Made by a program: the position numbers and the translations under genes. The notes below the pieces were generated by a model, which worked only from the letters and a program-made list of their open reading frames with translations, was not told the origin of the DNA and made no database searches. Positions 8,033 to 12,820 of a stretch of DNA of 12,820 nucleotides are shown piece by piece (the first letter of the stretch is position 1; the number at the start of each line of letters is the position of its first letter). The DNA comes from Octopus sinensis. Its lineage: Eukaryota. The DNA is taken from assembly GCF_006345805.1 (NCBI RefSeq), contig NW_021826468.1, forward strand, positions 1 through 12,820. Direction: 5' to 3'.

Positions 8033-8266
8033 GGTAACTTCACCGTCATCATTCACCGCAGGAAAAATTCACCAGAAAATCCCTGATCTCACGTTTTCAT
8101 CTCCAATAATTTCCTTTTTATTTTTTGTTTGTTTTTTTTCTTTTGTTTTTGTTTTTTCAATAAAATAGTTGTTCTTTGGATATATTTTTCGCAGTAAACT
8201 TTCCTTGCGATGATCTTTTCTCTCAGTGAAACTTCTTCACGGTGAATTCATGGCGGTGAACTTACC
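8033..8266. mobile_element. Small MITE-like element with imperfect TIRs and subterminal TTCACC repeats
   Basis: Left end ggtaacttcaccgtcatcattcaccg matches the right-end reverse complement ggtaagttcaccgccatgaattcaccg. TTCACC occurs at 8039, 8052 and 8068, and GGTGAA at 8241 and 8255. No clear TSD; superfamily not assigned. Confidence 0.65.
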
Positions 8267-8274
8267 TGTAATCG

Positions 8275-8430
8275 CGTATACGTTCACACACAATCACACA
8301 CTCACACATACGCACGCACACACACAAACACACACACATGTATATGTATATGTTAGGTATATATGTGTGTGTGTGTGTGTGTATGTGTGCGTGTGTATGT
8401 ATATATATATAGAGAGAGAGAGAGCGAGAA

Positions 8431-8463
<33 letters not shown>

Positions 8464-8623
8464 AAGAAAGAGAGAAAGAGAGAGAGAGAGAGAGAAAGAG
8501 GGAGACGAGGGCGAGAGAGAAAAGACAGACAGACAGATAGATAGATAGATAGATAGATAGATACATACATACATACATACATACATACATACATACATAC
8601 ATACATACATACATACATACATA
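8275..8623. repeat. Compound microsatellite: (CA), (TG), (TA), (GA), (GACA), (GATA), (CATA)
   Basis: Read directly from the sequence. Confidence 0.97.
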
Positions 8624-8735
8624 CAGATGAATATGGTACTGAAGTTGAGGCACCAGAATTTAGTACGGTATTATCCATGCAATTTCAAAGTAAGGTGATT
8701 AAAATCAAAATAAGCAACAAGGATATCCAGAGATA

Positions 8736-8824
8736 ATGCAATACGATCGTTTCATGCAACTCCATTTAATTGAACAATGCAATCATTACATCAATTTAAA
8801 ATGCAGAGCAATCTTCAGCTGCAC
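8736..8824 (-). ncRNA. Type I hammerhead ribozyme motif (family 3, left arm)
   Basis: GTGCAG-CTGAAGA-(58-nt imperfect stem II)-GAAA-C-GATC-GTA|TTGCAT. Stem I is 6 bp with two G.U pairs, the core is intact, and stem III is the palindrome ACGATCGT. Predicted cleavage is between 8742 and 8741. Confidence 0.7.
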
Positions 8825-9076
8825 AAAGACATAGAATTTTATCAAATTAGAACAATTGGAGACATTAGTGTAATTATACCTACAATCTCCAAGAAGTTAA
8901 GGCGATAGACAAGAACATGCTGTCCCACTCCAGTTTAGATTTTATTGAATTTTCAGGACAACTTCTAAACTGGAGTGGGACAGCATGTTCTTTGTCTATC
9001 GCCTTAACTTCTTGAGATTGTAGGCATGCTTATGCTAATGTGTTCATCTATTCTAATTTGATAAAATCCTGTCTTT

Positions 9077-9165
9077 GTGCAGCTGAAGATTGCTCTGCAT
9101 TTTAAATTGATGTAATGATTTAATTGTTCAATTAAATGGAGTTGCATGAAATGATCGTATTGCAT
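9077..9165 (+). ncRNA. Type I hammerhead ribozyme motif (family 3, right arm)
   Basis: CTGAAGA 9083-9089, GAAA 9148-9151, GTA 9157-9159. C15.2 is T here (9152), giving a U.G pair in stem III. Predicted cleavage is after 9159. Confidence 0.6.
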
Positions 9166-9286
9166 TATCTCTGGATATCCTTGTTGCTTATTTTGATTTT
9201 AATCACCTTACTTTGAAATTGCATGGATAATACCGTACTAAATTCTGGTGCCTCAACTTAAGTACCATATTCATCTGTATGTATTT

Positions 9287-9287
<1 letters not shown>

Positions 9288-9366
<79 letters not shown>
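9288..9366. repeat. (GATA)n microsatellite
   Basis: Read directly from the sequence. Confidence 0.98.
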
Positions 9367-9367
<1 letters not shown>

Positions 9368-9758
9368 AAACAGATGCGCACGTATGATGGGTCTCCGTCG
9401 GTTCAGTCACTTTCGAAGTTGAGTGTCTTGATCAAAAGAATAATCTTAATCATGCTCATTGAATAATCGAACAATCCAGAAACACCTGCGGTCTTAATGC
9501 AAATCGTCAGGTGCAATGAACACGACAGAGCGCGTGACTGGCGTAGATATTAAGTTTCGGGTACTGTGCAAAAGAGTATTCGTTTAACACTTTTATTCAC
9601 TAGGATTCCATCGAATTCTCGCTATGGAAATCTCGTTTGTCGCAGAGAGTGTTGCAGTTGGATGCAATTGGACACGGACACCGAATCTTCTGATCGCGAA
9701 GTGAAAAGTCTCAATCATTCGACCAAGATATACATACAGCATGTATCTATATACATAC

Positions 9759-10171
9759 ATACCTATTTCTTTATTGCCCACAAGGAGCTAAACATAGAGG
9801 GGACAAACAAGGACAGACAAAGGGATGAAGTTGATTACATCGACCCCAGTGCGTGACGGGTACTTAATTTATTGGCCCGGAAAGGATGAAAGGCAAAGTT
9901 GACCTCGGCGGAATTTCAACTCAGAACGTAAAGACAGACGAAATACCTATTTCTTTACTACCCACAAGGGGCTAAACACGGAGGAGACAAACAAGAACAG
10001 ACAAAGGGATTAAGTTGATTATATCGACCCCAGTGCGTAACTGGTGCTTATTTCATCGACCCCGAAAGGATTAAAAGGTAAAGTCGATCTCGGCGCGGAA
10101 TTTGACTCAGAACGTAGCGGCCGACAAAATACTGCTAAGCATTTCGCCCAGCGTGCTAACGATTCCTGCCA
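9759..10171 (-). mobile_element. tRNA-derived SINE present as a head-to-tail dimer (units 9759-9942 and 9943-10128, single head 10129-10171)
   Basis: Two ~185-bp direct repeats start atacctatttcttta. The minus strand begins tggcaggaatcgttagcacg (A-box-like). A B-box-like gagt(t/c)gaaattcc/gagtcaaattcc occurs in both units. The central cctttcatcctt..ggg..ataaa..aagtacc block resembles the Meta/Sauria-type SINE domain as I recall it (not verified). Confidence 0.88.
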
Positions 10172-10240
10172 CATACACATGCACATAGACACACACATTT
10201 GCATACATATACAATATACAACACGCGCATACCCACCACG

Positions 10241-10293
<53 letters not shown>

Positions 10294-10440
10294 ACACACA
10301 CACACACACAAAAAGCAGAAAAATATATGTGCGTATTTATATATACATACACACATACACAAACACGCCGCACGCGACATACATATGCATATAGATATAC
10401 GTGCATATTTATAGATTATATACACAAGGCCATATTCTTT
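10172..10440. repeat. (TA)n tract (about 10250-10292) within degenerate CA/TA low complexity
   Basis: Read directly from the sequence. Confidence 0.93.
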
Positions 10441-10447
10441 ATTCTAT

Positions 10448-10497
10448 TATTCTTTTACTTGTTTCAATCAGTTTACCGCGGCCATATTGGAGACACC
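10448..10497 (-). mobile_element. Short decayed SINE tail fragment related to 11758-11812
   Basis: ttattcttttacttgtttcaatcagtttaccgcggccatattggagacacc aligns by eye with ttattcttttactcttatttgtttcagtcatttgaccgtggccatgctggagcacc. Confidence 0.7.
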
Positions 10498-10533
10498 ATG
10501 TGTGTGTGGTGTGTGTGTGTGTGTGCTGTGTGT

Positions 10534-10882
10534 GTGGTGAAAGCGTTTGGCCCAATGGTAGAGCATTGGGCTCAAAGTCACATGAGGTAGTGAGTTCGAT
10601 TCCCGGACCGCGCTGTGTGTTGTGTTCTTGAGCAAGACACTTAATTTCACATTGCTCCAGTTCATTCAGCTGTAGTAATGAGTTGCGACGTCACTGGTGC
10701 CAAGCTGTATCGGCCCCTTTGCCTTTCCCTTGGATAACATCAGTGGCATGGAGAGGAAGGAGGCTGGTATGCATGGGCGACTGCTGGTCTTCCATTAACA
10801 ACCTTGCTTGGACTTGTACCTTGGAGGGTAACATTCTTGGTGCAATCCCATGTTCATTAAGACCGAAGGTGGTCTTTACCTT
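10534..10882 (+). mobile_element. tRNA-derived SINE with CORE-like central box
   Basis: A box TGGCCCAATGG at 10548-10558, B box GAGTTCGATTCCC at 10592-10604, and tgtgttcttgagcaagacacttaatttcac (10621-10650) resembling the CORE-SINE motif. It ends at a TA/TACA tract. Confidence 0.85.
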
Positions 10883-11195
10883 TATATATGCACATACATA
10901 CACACATACATACATACATACATACATACATAAATATATATGTATATATATATATATTTATGCGTATACATACATATATATGCATATATATATATATGTA
11001 TTCCTATATATATATATATGTATATATATATATGTGTGTGTGCATATATACGTACATTTATATTCTCAATATGCACACGTAAATACACACACACACACAT
11101 ACATACTCACGAAAACGCAACCTACCGGTCTCTCTCTATATATGTGTGTGTATGTGTGTGTGTGTGTGTGTGCGTGTGTGTGTGTGTGTATACAC
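10883..11195. repeat. Compound (TACA)/(TA)/(CA)/(TG) microsatellite region
   Basis: Read directly from the sequence. Confidence 0.95.
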
Positions 11196-11696
11196 ACGAA
11201 TGAGAGAGTATGGGATACAACCAGAGACAAAATGAGACAGCTCGGCAAACAAGAAAATTAAGTAAAATATGAAAGCATATTTTTGAAGGAAAGAATGAGA
11301 GAGGGGTGTTTGAGTCGTGCGTGAAAGAGTGAGAGAAGGAGTGAAGAGGAGCAAAGTGAGAAAGCGTGTGTAGGTATGTGTGAAGTGAAGTGGGAGGGTG
11401 AGTGAAGTAAGCGAATGTGTGAAGCAAAGCGACATTTCAGACAAAAATATCGATTTCTTTTGACAAGGGACAAAATCAATAGGTTTTGTTAGTTTGAAGG
11501 GTTATATCAGATGAAAAATCGACCACGTATATATATTTATAGTATTAACTGTAACACGGTGCGAAGAGAGGGTGGAGGAAGTGCTTAAACGATCTCTCTC
11601 GATGTGCTGGAAATGGCAGCCTCATCTTCCTCGCATGTTACATAGTTCCACTTTTGCAAAGTCTTCGTAAAGGAAACGACACGTTGAACAATACTC

Positions 11697-11699
11697 ATA

Positions 11700-11735
<36 letters not shown>

Positions 11736-11756
11736 TGTGTGAGTGTGTGTGTGTGC
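11697..11756. repeat. (TG)n/(AG)n microsatellite
   Basis: Read directly from the sequence. Confidence 0.97.
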
Positions 11757-11757
11757 G

Positions 11758-11987
11758 TTATTCTTTTACTCTTATTTGTTTCAGTCATTTGACCGTGGCC
11801 ATGCTGGAGCACCGCCTTTCAGTCGATCAAATCGACTCCAGGACTTATTCTTTGTAAGCCTAGTACTTATTCTATCGGCCCGAGGCTATAGTAGAAGACA
11901 CTTGCTCAGGGTGCCACGCAGTGGGACTGAACCTGGAATCATGTGGTTGGTAAGCAAGCTACTTACCACACAGCCACTCCTACGCCT
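11758..11987 (-). mobile_element. tRNA-derived SINE (head near 11985) with CORE-like box and a tail that appears to come from another family
   Basis: Minus strand reads aggagtggctgtgtggtaag (A-box-like), aggttcagtccc (B-box-like), ggcaccctgagcaagtgtctt (CORE-like), then a tail ending tgactgaaacaaataagagtaaaagaataa. Confidence 0.85.
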
Positions 11988-12772
11988 ATGTTTGTGTGTG
12001 TGTGGGTGTGTGCGGGGTGGGGTGGGATACATGGATAGATGTATATATTGAACTCATCATTGAGAGACGTCCAGTCACTGCATGGGCAGTAAAACTTCGC
12101 ATCTGCGATATATAGAATTTCAGCATCTTTTCAGACACTGATGTCGCAAATAGCCAGTAGGCTTATAAAAAATTAATCATTAGCTATTTAAGTAGTAGAA
12201 ATATTAAAATTTCTAAGTCTCTCTAAAGGAGACTACGGAAGCGGTACTAGATATTAATAGTTATCACCAAGCTAACATGGCAGTCCAGAAATATAGGACG
12301 AATGCTGCCGTTGATTAGCTCCAAGAGGCCATCGCCTCTAGCTAGCTGTGTGACACACGAACCTGTGTCCATTATAACCTTCGACCTGATCAGGCATCTG
12401 CAGACTAGTTTCAGGTTATTTGCCCCTTATCAATGCAGAGCAGCCGAACCCAGCAGGCGTCGTTACTCACCGTCTGTTCGAAGGACAGACGGTTAGTGTC
12501 CTTCGAACTGGTGTTGTAAGCAGAGTTGGTACAGGAACATGTGTAAAAAATCATTAAAAATGTGTTAAAGAATTTCTTTGTCTTCTTATAATTTGAATTA
12601 TAGTTTACTTTTCACTTTCACTCAACCCACAGTTTCACGTCGTCGTAAAATAGGATTTTCCCCTTTCGAAGGAATTTCGGAATCAGTCAGGGAATCTAAC
12701 CGGCTGATAATCCAGAACTCAGGTTGAATGCTTTTCTGGAAACCCTACCTTTTATACCCTGCCAGGACCTAA

Positions 12773-12776
<4 letters not shown>

Positions 12777-12820
<44 letters not shown>
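12777..12820. repeat. (TA)n microsatellite running off the window edge
   Basis: Read directly from the sequence. Confidence 0.98.

Larger units (their letters stand above)
8624..9277. mobile_element. 654-bp foldback (arms 8624-8939 and 8964-9277, 24-bp spacer), best read as an inverted pair of Penelope-like 3' termini
   Basis: The arms are reverse complements with few differences outside one 26-bp patch. Each arm carries a hammerhead motif pointing outward and both outer ends meet microsatellite, as in the coding PLE. The foldback is certain; the PLE assignment is inferred. Confidence 0.75.

Noticed and set aside
8622-9279. Tc1/mariner MITE interpretation of the foldback (TA-CAG...CTG-TA ends)
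   Set aside because: Not excluded, but demoted. The TA and CAG ends merge with the flanking (TACA)n so they are weak evidence, and the complete hammerhead motifs in both arms are better explained by PLE termini.
9630-9727. Very decayed tRNA-like SINE head on the minus strand (tggtcgaatgattgagac...)
   Set aside because: Only an A-box-like stretch is recognisable; the B box and body are too degraded to call.
9759-10128. CRISPR-like or satellite array
   Set aside because: Only two ~185-bp units, no unique spacers, no cas genes and a eukaryotic context. It is a SINE dimer.
1740-11812. Dozens of track ORFs rich in HT, YI, CV, MYVC or ER repeats
   Set aside because: They are translations of CA, TA, TG, TACA and GA microsatellites, which lack stop codons in some frames. 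They have no domain content.
12600-12776. LTR fragment (TATAAAAG on the minus strand near 12750) or another hammerhead (ctgactga...gaaa)
   Set aside because: A lone TATA-like word is expected by chance, there are no TG...CA ends or PBS, and the CUGANGA core and stems do not fit.

Overview
AT-rich, microsatellite-dense eukaryotic non-coding DNA. The repeat content (tRNA-headed SINEs with CORE-like boxes, compound CA/TA/TACA/TAGA tracts) looks like an octopus-type cephalopod genome; this is recognition from memory, not a database result. No host protein-coding exon can be supported, and almost all ORFs in the track are microsatellite read-through. Supported content: (1) a full-length but dead Tc1/mariner transposon (37-1330) with 29-bp TIRs, a TA duplication and DD36E spacing; (2) a 5'-truncated Penelope-like retroelement (PLE) on the minus strand (about 3563-5655) with RT-thumb and GIY-YIG remnants, an inverted copy of its 3' end at the truncation point, and a separate solo 3' end at 6982-7307; (3) six type I hammerhead-ribozyme motifs in three unrelated sequence families, all with a self-complementary stem III, two of them in the arms of a 654-bp foldback (8624-9277); (4) several SINEs, including a tandem dimer and an apparent chimera; (5) a ~118-bp direct duplication bracketing the SINE+PLE block; (6) a small MITE-like element and a cluster of interlocking hairpins near the right end. 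Hammerheads in PLE termini are established biology. What stands out here is the density, the three distinct architectures, the non-canonical stem II bases and the shared inverted-terminus-in-microsatellite layout. All structures were paired by eye and none was folded computationally.
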